Assembly: GCA_964016885.1 (NCBI GenBank)
Contig: OZ024741.1
Span: forward strand, 210,676,001-210,740,000
Source of the DNA: Eledone cirrhosa
Lineage: Eukaryota
Length of the DNA: 64,000 nucleotides
Direction: 5' to 3'
This document shows, piece by piece, positions 14,101 through 27,970 of this stretch (positions are counted from its first letter, which is position 1; every line of letters starts with the position of its first letter). The notes beneath the pieces are model-generated. The model did no database searches. It was given only the letters and a program-made list of their open reading frames with translations, and had not been told where the DNA came from. Position numbers and translations under genes: made by a program.

Positions 14101-15650
14101 TCTCAGCCTCAGTCCACTGTCTCAGCCTCAGTCCACCTATCTCAGCCACAGTCCACTGTCTCACCCTCAGTCCACCGTCTCAGCCACAGTCCACTGTCTC
14201 AGCCACAGTCCACTGTCTCAGCCACAGTCCACTGTCTCAGCCACAGTCCACTGTCTCAGCCTCAGTTCACCTATCTCAACCACAGTCCACTGTCTCAGCC
14301 TCAGTTCACCTATCTCAACCACAGTCCACTGTCTCAGCCTCAGTCCACTGTCTCAGCCTCAGTTCACCTATCTCAACCACAGTCCACTGTCTCAGCCTCA
14401 GTCCACTGTCTCAGCCACAGTCCACTGTCTTAGCCACAGTCCACTGTCTCAGCCTCAGTCCACTGTCTCAGCCACAGTCCACTGTCTCAGTCTCAGTCCA
14501 CTGTCTCAGCCTCAGTCCACCTATCTCAGCCACAGTCCACTGTCTCAACCACAGTCCACTGTCTCAGCCTCAGTTCACCTATCTCAACCACAGTCCACTG
14601 TCTCAGCCTCAGTCCACTGTCTCAGCCACAGTCCACTGTCTCAGCCTCAGTCCACTGTCTCAGCCACAGTCCACCTATCTCAGCCACAGTCCACTGTCTC
14701 AGCCACAGTCCACCTATCTCAGCCACAGTCCACTGTCTCAGCCACAGTCCACCTATCTCAACCACAGTCCACTGTCTCAGCCTCAGTTCACCTATCTCAG
14801 CCACAGTCCACTGTCTCAGCCTCAGTCCACTGTCTCAGCCACAGTCCACCTATCTCCGCCACAGTCCACTGTCTCAGCCACAGTCCACCTATCTCAGCCA
14901 CAGTCCACCTATCTCAGCCACAGTCCACTGTCTCAGCCACAGTCCACCTATCTCAGCCACAGTCCACCTATCTCAGCCACAGTCCACTGTCTCAGCCACA
15001 GTCCACCTATCTCAGTCTCAGTGCACTGTCACAGCCACAGTCCACTGTCTCAGTCTCAGTCCACCTATCTCAGTCTCAGTCCACTGTCTCAGCCACAGTC
15101 CACCTATCTCAGCCACAGTCCACTGTCTCAGTCTCAGTCCACCTATCTCAGTCTCAGTCCACTGTCTCAGCCACAGGCCACTGTCTCAGTCTCAGTCCAC
15201 CTATCTCAGCCACTGTCCACTGTCTCAGCCTCAGTCCACTGTCTCAGCCACAGTCCACTGTCTCAGCCTCAGTCCACTGTCTCAGCCTCAGTCCACCTAT
15301 CTCAACCACAGTCCACTGTCTCAGCCTCAGTTCACCTATCTCAGCCACAGTCCACTGTCTCAGCCTCAGTCCACTGTCTCAGCCACAGTCCACTGTCTCA
15401 GCCTCAGTCCACTGTCTCAGCCTCAGTCCACCTATCTCAACCACAGTCCACTGTCTCAGCCACAGTCCACCTATCTCAGCCACAGTCCACTGTCTCAGCC
15501 TCAGTCCACTGTCTCAGCCACAGTCCACCTATCTCAGCCACAGTCCACTGTCTCAGCCACAGTCCACTGTCTCAGTCTCAGTCCACCTATCTCAGCCACA
15601 GTCCACTGTCTCAGCCACAGTCCACCTATCTCAGCCACAGTCCACCTATC
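11200..15650. repeat. Higher-order duplication, offset 2615 bp
   Basis: TCTTAG stop ending at 11818/14433, CAGGCCAC with GG at 12561/15176, marker at 11542/14157, and ORFs at 12007/14622. Confidence 0.85.
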
Positions 15651-18269
15651 TCAGCCACAGTCCACTGTCTCAGCCACAGTCCACCTATCTCAGTCTCAGT
15701 CCACTGTCTCAGCCACAGTCCACTGTCTCAGTCTCAGTCCACCTATCTCAGCCACAGTCCACTGTCTCAGCCACAGTCCACCTATCTCAGCCACAGTCCA
15801 CTGTCTCAGCCACATTCCACCTATCTCAGTCTCAGTCCACTGTCTCAGCCACAGTCCACTGTCTCAGTCTCAGTCCACCTATCTCAGCCACAGTCCACTG
15901 TCTCAGCCACAGTCCACCTATCTCAGCCACAGTCCACCTATCTCAGCCACAGTCCACCTATCTCACCCTCAGTCCACTGTCTCAGCCACAGTCCACCTAT
16001 CTCAGCCTCAGTCCACTGTCTCAGCCTCAGTCCACTGTCTCAGCCTCAGTCCACCTATCTCAGCCTCAGTCCACTGTCTCAGCCTCAGTCCACTGTCTCA
16101 GCCTCAGTCCACCTATCTCAGCCACAGTCCACTGTCTCACCCTCAGTCCACCGTCTCAGCCACAGTCCACTGTCTCAGCCACAGTCCACTGTCTCAGCCA
16201 CAGTCCACTGTCTCAGCCACAGTCCACTGTCTCAGCCTCAGTTCACCTATCTCAACCACAGTCCACTGTCTCAGCCTCAGTTCACCTATCTCAACCACAG
16301 TCCACTGTCTCAGCCTCAGTCCACTGTCTCAGCCTCAGTTCACCTATCTCAACCACAGTCCACTGTCTCAGCCTCAGTCCACTGTCTCAGCCACAGTCCA
16401 CTGTCTCAGCCACAGTCCACTGTCTCAGCCTCAGTCCACTGTCTCAGCCACAGTCCACTGTCTCAGTCTCAGTCCACTGTCTCAGCCTCAGTCCACCTAT
16501 CTCAGCCACAGTCCACTGTCTCAACCACAGTCCACTGTCTCAGCCTCAGTTCACCTATCTCAACCACAGTCCACTGTCTCAGCCTCAGTCCACTGTCTCA
16601 GCCACAGTCCACTGTCTCAGCCTCAGTCCACTGTCTCAGCCACAGTCCACCTATCTCAGCCACAGTCCACTGTCTCAGCCACAGTCCACCTATCTCAGCC
16701 ACAGTCCACTGTCTCAGCCACAGTCCACCTATCTCAACCACAGTCCACTGTCTCAGCCTCAGTTCACCTATCTCAGCCACAGTCCACTGTCTCAGCCTCA
16801 GTCCACTGTCTCAGCCACAGTCCACCTATCTCAACCACAGTCCACTGTCTCAGCCACAGTCCACCTATCTCAGCCACAGTCCACCTATCTCAGCCACAGT
16901 CCACTGTCTCAGCCACAGTCCACCTATCTCAGCCACAGTCCACCTATCTCAGCCACAGTCCACTGTCTCAGCCACAGTCCACCTATCTCAGTCTCAGTCC
17001 ACTGTCTCAGCCACAGTCCACTGTCTCAGTCTCAGTCCACCTATCTCAATCTCAGTCCACTGTCTCAGCCACAGTCCACCTATCTCAGCCACAGTCCACT
17101 GTCTCAGTCTCAGTCCACCTATCTCAGTCTCAGTCCACTGTCTCAGCCACAGTCCACTGTCTCAGTCTCAGTCCACCTCTCTCAGCCACAGTCCACTGTC
17201 TCAGCCTCAGTCCACTGTCTCAGCCACAGTCCACTGTCTCAGCCTCAGTCCACTGTCTCAGCCTCAGTCCACCTATCTCAACCACAGTCCACTGTCTCAG
17301 CCTCAGTCCACTGTCTCAGCCTCAATCCACTGTCTCAGCCTCAGTCCACCTATCTCAACCACAGTCCACTGTCTCAGCCTCAGTCCACTGTCTCAGCCAC
17401 AGTCCACTATCTCAGCCTCAGTCCACTGTCTCAGCCTCAGTCCACTGTCTCAGTCTCAGTCCACCTATCTCAGCCACAGTCCACTGTCTCAGCCACAGTC
17501 CACCTATCTCAGCCACAGTCCACTGTCTCAGCCACAGTCCACTGTCTCAACCACAGTCCACTGTCTCAGCCTCAGTTCACCTATCTCAACCACAGTCCAC
17601 TGTCTCAGCCTCAGTCCACTGTCTCAGCCACAGTCCACTGTCTCAGCCTCAGTCCACTGTCTCAGCCACAGTCCACCTATCTCAGCCACAGTCCACTGTC
17701 TCAGCCACAGTCCACCTATCTCAGCCACAGTCCACTGTCTCAGCCACAGTCCACCTATCTCAACCACAGTCCACTGTCTCAGCCTCAGTTCACCTATCTC
17801 AGCCACAGTCCACTGTCTCAGCCACAGTCCACCTATCTCAGCCACAGTCCACCTATCTCAGCCACAGTCCACTGTCTCAGCCACAGTCCACCTATCTCAG
17901 CCACAGTCCACCTATCTCAGCCACAGTCCACTGTCTCAGCCACAGTCCACCTATCTCAGTCTCAGTCCACTGTCTCAGCCACAGTCCACTGTCTCAGTCT
18001 CAGTCCACCTATCTCAGTCTCAGTCCACTGTCACAGCCACAGTCCACTGTCTCAGTCTCAGTCCACCTATCTCAGTCTCAGTCCACTGTCTCAGCCACAG
18101 TCCACCTATCTCAGCCACAGTCCACTGTCTCAGTCTCAGTCCACCTATCTCAGTCTCAGTCCACTGTCTCAGCCACAGTCCACTGTCTCAGTCTCAGTCC
18201 ACCTATCTCAGCCACTGTCCACTGTCTCAGCCTCAGTCCACTGTCTCAGCCACAGTCCACTGTCTCAGC

Positions 18270-21200
18270 CTCAGTCCACTGTCTCAGCCTCAGTCCACCT
18301 ATCTCAACCACAGTCCACTGTCTCAGCCTCAGTTCACCTATCTCAGCCACAGTCCACTGTCTCAGCCTCAGTCCACTGTCTCAGCCACAGTCCACTGTCT
18401 CAGCCTCAGTCCACTGTCTCAGCCTCAGTCCACCTATCTCAACCACAGTCCACTGTCTCAGCCACAGTCCACCTATCTCAGCCACAGTCCACTGTCTCAG
18501 CCTCAGTCCACTGTCTCAGCCACAGTCCACCTATCTCAGCCACAGTCCACTGTCTCAGCCACAGTCCACTGTCTCAGTCTCAGTCCACCTATCTCAGCCA
18601 CAGTCCACTGTCTCAGCCACAGTCCACCTATCTCAGCCACAGTCCACCTATCTCAGCCACAGTCCACTGTCTCAGCCACAGTCCACCTATCTCAGTCTCA
18701 GTCCACTGTCTCAGCCACAGTCCACTGTCTCAGTCTCAGTCCACCTATCTCAGCCACAGTCCACTGTCTCAGCCACAGTCCACCTATCTCAGCCACAGTC
18801 CACTGTCTCAGCCACATTCCACCTATCTCAGTCTCAGTCCACTGTCTCAGCCACAGTCCACTGTCTCAGTCTCAGTCCACCTATCTCAGCCACAGTCCAC
18901 TGTCTCAGCCACAGTCCACCTATCTCAGCCACAGTCCACCTATCTCAGCCACAGTCCACCTATCTCACCCTCAGTCCACTGTCTCAGCCACAGTCCACCT
19001 ATCTCAGCCTCAGTCCACTGTCTCAGCCTCAGTCCACTGTCTCAGCCTCAGTCCACCTATCTCAGCCTCAGTCCACTGTCTCAGCCTCAGTCCACTGTCT
19101 CAGCCTCAGTCCACCTATCTCAGCCACAGTCCACTGTCTCACCCTCAGTCCACCGTCTCAGCCACAGTCCACTGTCTCAGCCACAGTCCACTGTCTCAGC
19201 CACAGTCCACTGTCTCAGCCACAGTCCACTGTCTCAGCCTCAGTTCACCTATCTCAACCACAGTCCACTGTCTCAGCCTCAGTTCACCTATCTCAACCAC
19301 AGTCCACTGTCTCAGCCTCAGTCCACTGTCTCAGCCTCAGTTCACCTATCTCAACCACAGTCCACTGTCTCAGCCTCAGTCCACTGTCTCAGCCACAGTC
19401 CACTGTCTCAGCCACAGTCCACTGTCTCAGCCTCAGTCCACTGTCTCAGCCACAGTCCACTGTCTCAGTCTCAGTCCACTGTCTCAGCCTCAGTCCACCT
19501 ATCTCAGCCACAGTCCACTGTCTCAACCACAGTCCACTGTCTCAGCCTCAGTTCACCTATCTCAACCACAGTCCACTGTCTCAGCCTCAGTCCACTGTCT
19601 CAGCCACAGTCCACTGTCTCAGCCTCAGTCCACTGTCTCAGCCACAGTCCACCTATCTCAGCCACAGTCCACTGTCTCAGCCACAGTCCACCTATCTCAG
19701 CCACAGTCCACTGTCTCAGCCACAGTCCACCTATCTCAGCCACAGTCCACCTATCTCAGCCACAGTCCACTGTCTCAGCCACAGTCCACCTATCTCAGTC
19801 TCAGTCCACTGTCTCAGCCACAGTCCACTGTCTCAGTCTCAGTACACCTATCTCAGTCTCAGTCCACTGTCACAGCCACAGTCCACTGTCTCAGTCTCAG
19901 TCCACCTATCTCAGTCTCAGTCCACTGTCTCAGCCACAGTCCACCTATCTCAGCCACAGTCCACTGTCTCAGTCTCAGTCCACTGTCTCAGCCTCAGTCC
20001 ACCTATCTCAACCACAGTCCACTGTCTCAGCCTCAGTTCACCTATCTCAGCCACAGTCCACTGTCTCAGCCTCAGTCCACTGTCTCAGCCACAGTCCACT
20101 GTCTCAGCCTCAGTCCACTGTCTCAGCCTCAGTCCACCTATCTCAACCACAGTCCACTGTCTCAGCCACAGTCCACCTATCTCAGCCACAGTCCACTGTC
20201 TCAGCCTCAGTCCACTGTCTCAGCCACAGTCCACCTATCTCAGCCACAGTCCACTGTCTCAGCCACAGTCCACTGTCTCAGTCTCAGTCCACCTATCTCA
20301 GCCACAGTCCACTGTCTCAGCCACAGTCCACCTATCTCAGCCACAGTCCACCTATCTCAGCCACAGTCCACTGTCTCAGCCACAGTCCACCTATCTCAGT
20401 CTCAGTCCACTGTCTCAGCCACAGTCCACTGTCTCAGTCTCAGTCCACCTATCTCAGCCACAGTCCACTGTCTCAGCCACAGTCCACCTATCTCAGCCAC
20501 AGTCCACTGTCTCAGCCACATTCCACCTATCTCAGTCTCAGTCCACTGTCTCAGCCACAGTCCACTGTCTCAGTCTCAGTCCACCTATCTCAGCCACAGT
20601 CCACTGTCTCAGCCACAGTCCACCTATCTCAGCCACAGTCCACCTATCTCAGCCACAGTCCACCTATCTCACCCTCAGTCCACTGTCTCAGCCACAGTCC
20701 ACCTATCTCAGCCTCAGTCCACTGTCTCAGCCTCAGTCCACTGTCTCAGCCTCAGTCCACCTATCTCAGCCTCAGTCCACTGTCTCAGCCTCAGTCCACT
20801 GTCTCAGCCTCAGTCCACCTATCTCAGCCACAGTCCACTGTCTCACCCTCAGTCCACCGTCTCAGCCACAGTCCACTGTCTCAGCCACAGTCCACTGTCT
20901 CAGCCACAGTCCACTGTCTCAGCCACAGTCCACTGTCTCAGCCTCAGTTCACCTATCTCAACCACAGTCCACTGTCTCAGCCTCAGTTCACCTATCTCAA
21001 CCACAGTCCACTGTCTCAGCCTCAGTCCACTGTCTCAGCCTCAGTTCACCTATCTCAACCACAGTCCACTGTCTCAGCCTCAGTCCACTGTCTCAGCCAC
21101 AGTCCACTGTCTCAGCCACAGTCCACTGTCTCAGCCTCAGTCCACTGTCTCAGCCACAGTCCACTGTCTCAGTCTCAGTCCACTGTCTCAGCCTCAGTCC

Positions 21201-23000
21201 ACCTATCTCAGCCACAGTCCACTGTCTCAACCACAGTCCACTGTCTCAGCCTCAGTTCACCTATCTCAACCACAGTCCACTGTCTCAGCCTCAGTCCACT
21301 GTCTCAGCCACAGTCCACTGTCTCAGCCTCAGTCCACTGTCTCAGCCACAGTCCACCTATCTCAGCCACAGTCCACTGTCTCAGCCACAGTCCACCTATC
21401 TCAGCCACAGTCCACTGTCTCAGCCACAGTCCACCTATCTCAGCCACAGTCCACCTATCTCAGCCACAGTCCACTGTCTCAGCCACAGTCCACCTATCTC
21501 AGTCTCAGTCCACTGTCTCAGCCACAGTCCACTGTCTCAGTCTCAGTACACCTATCTCAGTCTCAGTCCACTGTCACAGCCACAGTCCACTGTCTCAGTC
21601 TCAGTCCACCTATCTCAGTCTCAGTCCACTGTCTCAGCCACAGTCCACCTATCTCAGCCACAGTCCACTGTCTCAGTCTCAGTCCACTGTCTCAGCCTCA
21701 GTCCACCTATCTCAACCACAGTCCACTGTCTCAGCCTCAGTTCACCTATCTCAGCCACAGTCCACTGTCTCAGCCTCAGTCCACTGTCTCAGCCACAGTC
21801 CACTGTCTCAGCCTCAGTCCACTGTCTCAGCCTCAGTCCACCTATCTCAACCACAGTCCACTGTCTCAGCCACAGTCCACCTATCTCAGCCACAGTCCAC
21901 TGTCTCAGCCTCAGTCCACTGTCTCAGCCACAGTCCACCTATCTCAGCCACAGTCCACTGTCTCAGCCACAGTCCACTGTCTCAGTCTCAGTCCACCTAT
22001 CTCAGCCACAGTCCACTGTCTCAGCCACAGTCCACCTATCTCAGCCACAGTCCACCTATCTCAGCCACAGTCCACTGTCTCAGCCACAGTCCACCTATCT
22101 CAGTCTCAGTCCACTGTCTCAGCCACAGTCCACTGTCTCAGTCTCAGTCCACCTATCTCAGCCACAGTCCACTGTCTCAGCCACAGTCCACCTATCTCAG
22201 CCACAGTCCACTGTCTCAGCCACATTCCACCTATCTCAGTCTCAGTCCACTGTCTCAGCCACAGTCCACTGTCTCAGTCTCAGTCCACCTATCTCAGCCA
22301 CAGTCCACTGTCTCAGCCACAGTCCACCTATCTCAGCCACAGTCCACCTATCTCAGCCACAGTCCACCTATCTCACCCTCAGTCCACTGTCTCAGCCACA
22401 GTCCACCTATCTCAGCCTCAGTCCACTGTCTCAGCCTCAGTCCACTGTCTCAGCCTCAGTCCACCTATCTCAGCCTCAGTCCACTGTCTCAGCCTCAGTC
22501 CACTGTCTCAGCCTCAGTCCACCTATCTCAGCCACAGTCCACTGTCTCACCCTCAGTCCACCGTCTCAGCCACAGTCCACTGTCTCAGCCACAGTCCACT
22601 GTCTCAGCCACAGTCCACTGTCTCAGCCACAGTCCACTGTCTCAGCCTCAGTTCACCTATCTCAACCACAGTCCACTGTCTCAGCCTCAGTTCACCTATC
22701 TCAACCACAGTCCACTGTCTCAGCCTCAGTCCACTGTCTCAGCCTCAGTTCACCTATCTCAACCACAGTCCACTGTCTCAGCCTCAGTCCACTGTCTCAG
22801 CCACAGTCCACTGTCTCAGCCACAGTCCACTGTCTCAGCCTCAGTCCACTGTCTCAGCCACAGTCCACTGTCTCAGTCTCAGTCCACTGTCTCAGCCTCA
22901 GTCCACCTATCTCAGCCACAGTCCACTGTCTCAACCACAGTCCACTGTCTCAGCCTCAGTTCACCTATCTCAACCACAGTCCACTGTCTCAGCCTCAGTC
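18270..23000. repeat. Three tandem copies of a 1704-bp higher-order unit
   Basis: GCCACATTCC at 18811/20515/22219, the CACCCTCAG marker at 19135/20839/22543 and AGTACACC at 19841/21545. A further 1704 offset occurs at 27875/29579. Confidence 0.9.
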
Positions 23001-23464
23001 CACTGTCTCAGCCACAGTCCACCTATCTCAGCCACAGTCCACTGTCTCAGCCACAGTCCACCTATCTCAGCCACAGTCCACTGTCTCAGCCACAGTCCAC
23101 CTATCTCAACCACAGTCCACTGTCTCAGCCTCAGTTCACCTATCTCAGCCACAGTCCACTGTCTCAGCCTCAGTCCACTGTCTCAGCCACAGTCCACCTA
23201 TCTCAACCACAGTCCACTGTCTCAGCCACAGTCCACCTATCTCAGCCACAGTCCACCTATCTCAGCCACAGTCCACTGTCTCAGCCACAGTCCACCTATC
23301 TCAGCGACAGTCCACCTATCTCAGCCACAGTCCACTGTCTCAGCCACAGTCCACCTATCTCAGTCTCAGTCCACTGTCTCAGCCACAGTCCACTGTCTCA
23401 GTCTCAGTCCACCTATCTCAGTCTCAGTCCGCTGTCTCAGCCACAGTCCACCTATCTCAGCCAC

Positions 23465-26400
23465 AGTCCACTGTCTCAGTCTCAGTCCACCTATCTCAGC
23501 CACAGTCCACTGTCTCAGCCTCAGTCCACTGTCTCAGCCACAGTCCACTGTCTCAGCCTCAGTCCACTGTCTCAGCCTCAGTCCACCTATCTCAGCCACA
23601 GTCCACTGTCTCAGCCTCAGTCCACCTATCTCAGCCACAGTCCACTGTCTCAGCCACAGTCCACCTATCTCAGCCACAGTCCACTGTCTCAGCCTCAGTC
23701 CACTGTCTCAGCCACAGACCACCTATCTCAGTCTCAGTCCACTGTCTCAGCCACAGTCCACCTATCTCAGCCACAGTCCACTGTCTCAGCCACAGTCCAC
23801 TGTCTCAGCCTCAGTCCACTGTCTCAGCCACAGACCACCTATCTCAGTCTCAGTCCACTGTCTCAGCCACAGTCCACTGTCTCAGCCACAGTCCACCTAT
23901 CTCAGCCACAGTCCACTGTCTCAGCCACAGTCCACCTATCTCAGCCACAGTCCACTGTCTCAGCCACAGTCCACCTATCTCAGCCACAGTCCACTATCTC
24001 TGCCTCAGTCCACTGTCTCAGCCACAGACCACCTATCTCAGTCTCAGTCCACTGTCTCAGCCACAGTCCACTGTCTCAGTCTCAGTCCACTGTCTCAGCC
24101 ACAGTCCACCTATCTCAGCCACAGTCCACCTATCTCAGCCACAGTCCACTGTCTCAGCCACAGTCCACTGTCTCAGCCTCAGTCCACTGTCTCAGCCACA
24201 GTCCACCTATCTCAGCCACAGTCCACTGTCTCAGCCACAGTCCACTGTCTCAGTCTCAGTCCACCTATCTCAGCCACGGTCCACTGTCTCAGCCACAGTC
24301 CACCTATCTCAGCCACAGTCCACCTATCTCAGCCACAGTCCACTGTCTCAGCCACAGTCCACTGTCTCAGTCTCAGTCCACCTATCTCAGCCACAGTCCA
24401 CTGTCTCAGCCACAGTCCACCTATCTCAGCCACAGTCCACCTATCTCAGCCACAGTCCACTGTCTCAGCCACAGACCACCTATCTCAGCCACAGTCCACT
24501 GTCTCAGCCTCAGTCCACTGTCTCAGCCACAGTCCACCTATCTCAGCCACAGTCCACTGTCTCAGTCTCAGTCCACCTATCTCAGCCACAGTCCACTGTC
24601 TCAGCCACAGTCCACCTATCTCAGCCACAGTCCACCTATCTCAGCCACAGTCCACTGTCTCAGCCACAGTCCACTGTCTCAGTCTCAGTCCACCTATCTC
24701 AGCCACTGTCCACTGTCTCAGCCTCAGTCCACTGTCTCAGCCACAGTCCACTGTCTCAGCCTCAGTCCACTGTCTCAGCCTCAGTCCACCTATCTCAACC
24801 ACAGTCCACTGTCTCAGCCTCAGTTCACCTATCTCAGCCACAGTCCACTGTCTCAGCCTCAGTCCACTGTCTCAGCCACAGTCCACTGTCTCAGCCTCAG
24901 TCCACTGTCTCAGCCTCAGTCCACCTATCTCAACCACAGTCCACTGTCTCAGCCACAGTCCACCTATCTCAGCCACAGTCCACTGTCTCAGCCTCAGTCC
25001 ACTGTCTCAGCCACAGTCCACCTATCTCAGCCACAGTCCACTGTCTCAGCCACAGTCCACTGTCTCAGTCTCAGTCCACCTATCTCAGCCACAGTCCACT
25101 GTCTCAGCCACAGTCCACCTATCTCAGCCACAGTCCACCTATCTCAGCCACAGTCCACTGTCTCAGCCACAGTCCACCTATCTCAGTCTCAGTCCACTGT
25201 CTCAGCCACAGTCCACTGTCTCAGTCTCAGTCCACCTATCTCAGCCACAGTCCACTGTCTCAGCCACAGTCCACCTATCTCAGCCACAGTCCACTGTCTC
25301 AGCCACATTCCACCTATCTCAGTCTCAGTCCACTGTCTCAGCCACAGTCCACTGTCTCAGTCTCAGTCCACCTATCTCAGCCACAGTCCACTGTCTCAGC
25401 CACAGTCCACCTATCTCAGCCACAGTCCACCTATCTCAGCCACAGTCCACCTATCTCACCCTCAGTCCACTGTCTCAGCCACAGTCCACCTATCTCAGCC
25501 TCAGTCCACTGTCTCAGCCTCAGTCCACTGTCTCAGCCTCAGTCCACCTATCTCAGCCTCAGTCCACTGTCTCAGCCTCAGTCCACTGTCTCAGCCTCAG
25601 TCCACCTATCTCAGCCACAGTCCACTGTCTCACCCTCAGTCCACCGTCTCAGCCACAGTCCACTGTCTCAGCCACAGTCCACTGTCTCAGCCACAGTCCA
25701 CTGTCTCAGCCACAGTCCACTGTCTCAGTCTCAGTCCACCTATCTCAGCCACAGTCCACTGTCTCAGCCTCAGTCCACTGTCTCAGCCACAGTCCACTGT
25801 CTCAGCCTCAGTCCACTGTCTCAGCCTCAGTCCACCTATCTCAGCCACAGTCCACTGTCTCAGCCTCAGTCCACCTATCTCAGCCACAGTCCACTGTCTC
25901 AGCCACAGTCCACCTATCTCAGCCACAGTCCACTGTCTCAGCCTCAGTCCACTGTCTCAGCCACAGACCACCTATCTCAGTCTCAGTCCACTGTCTCAGC
26001 CACAGTCCACCTATCTCAGCCACAGTCCACTGTCTCAGCCACAGTCCACTGTCTCAGCCTCAGTCCACTGTCTCAGCCACAGACCACCTATCTCAGTCTC
26101 AGTCCACTGTCTCAGCCACAGTCCACTGTCTCAGCCACAGTCCACCTATCTCAGCCACAGTCCACTGTCTCAGCCACAGTCCACCTATCTCAGCCACAGT
26201 CCACTGTCTCAGCCACAGTCCACCTATCTCAGCCACAGTCCACTATCTCTGCCTCAGTCCACTGTCTCAGCCACAGACCACCTATCTCAGTCTCAGTCCA
26301 CTGTCTCAGCCACAGTCCACTGTCTCAGTCTCAGTCCACTGTCTCAGCCACAGTCCACCTATCTCAGCCACAGTCCACCTATCTCAGCCACAGTCCACTG

Positions 26401-27970
26401 TCTCAGCCACAGTCCACTGTCTCAGCCTCAGTCCACTGTCTCAGCCACAGTCCACCTATCTCAGCCACAGTCCACTGTCTCAGCCACAGTCCACTGTCTC
26501 AGTCTCAGTCCACCTATCTCAGCCACGGTCCACTGTCTCAGCCACAGTCCACCTATCTCAGCCACAGTCCACCTATCTCAGCCACAGTCCACTGTCTCAG
26601 CCACAGTCCACTGTCTCAGTCTCAGTCCACCTATCTCAGCCACAGTCCACTGTCTCAGCCACAGTCCACCTATCTCAGCCACAGTCCACCTATCTCAGCC
26701 ACAGTCCACTGTCTCAGCCACAGACCACCTATCTCAGCCACAGTCCACTGTCTCAGCCTCAGTCCACTGTCTCAGCCACAGTCCACCTATCTCAGCCACA
26801 GTCCACTGTCTCAGTCTCAGTCCACCTATCTCAGCCACAGTCCACTGTCTCAGCCACAGTCCACCTATCTCAGCCACAGTCCACCTATCTCAGCCACAGT
26901 CCACTGTCTCAGCCACAGTCCACTGTCTCAGTCTCAGTCCACCTATCTCAGCCACTGTCCACTGTCTCAGCCTCAGTCCACTGTCTCAGCCACAGTCCAC
27001 TGTCTCAGCCTCAGTCCACTGTCTCAGCCTCAGTCCACCTATCTCAACCACAGTCCACTGTCTCAGCCTCAGTTCACCTATCTCAGCCACAGTCCACTGT
27101 CTCAGCCTCAGTCCACTGTCTCAGCCACAGTCCACTGTCTCAGCCTCAGTCCACTGTCTCAGCCTCAGTCCACCTATCTCAACCACAGTCCACTGTCTCA
27201 GCCACAGTCCACCTATCTCAGCCACAGTCCACTGTCTCAGCCTCAGTCCACTGTCTCAGCCACAGTCCACCTATCTCAGCCACAGTCCACTGTCTCAGCC
27301 ACAGTCCACTGTCTCAGTCTCAGTCCACCTATCTCAGCCACAGTCCACTGTCTCAGCCACAGTCCACCTATCTCAGCCAAAGTCCACCTATCTCAGCCAC
27401 AGTCCACTGTCTCAGCCACAGTCCACCTATCTCAGTCTCAGTCCACTGTCTCAGCCACAGTCCACTGTCTCAGTCTCAGTCCACCTATCTCAGCCACAGT
27501 CCACTGTCTCAGCCACAGTCCACCTATCTCAGCCACAGTCCACTGTCTCAGCCACATTCCACCTATCTCAGTCTCAGTCCACTGTCTCAGCCACAGTCCA
27601 CTGTCTCAGTCTCAGTCCACCTATCTCAGCCACAGTCCACTGTCTCAGCCACAGTCCACCTATCTCAGCCACAGTCCACCTATCTCAGCCACAGTCCACC
27701 TATCTCACCCTCAGTCCACTGTCTCAGCCACAGTCCACCTATCTCAGCCTCAGTCCACTGTCTCAGCCTCAGTCCACTGTCTCAGCCTCAGTCCACCTAT
27801 CTCAGCCTCAGTCCACTGTCTCAGCCTCAGTCCACTGTCTCAGCCTCAGTCCACCTATCTCAGCCACAGTCCACTGTCTCACCCTCAGTCCACCGTCTCA
27901 GCCACAGTCCACTGTCTCAGCCACAGTCCACTGTCTCAGCCACAGTCCACTGTCTCAGCCACAGTCCACT
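23465..27970. repeat. Higher-order tandem duplication, period 2249 bp
   Basis: CCACTATCTCTGCC at 23991/26240, CAGCCACGGT at 24271/26520, and the marker at 25626/27875. Confidence 0.9.
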
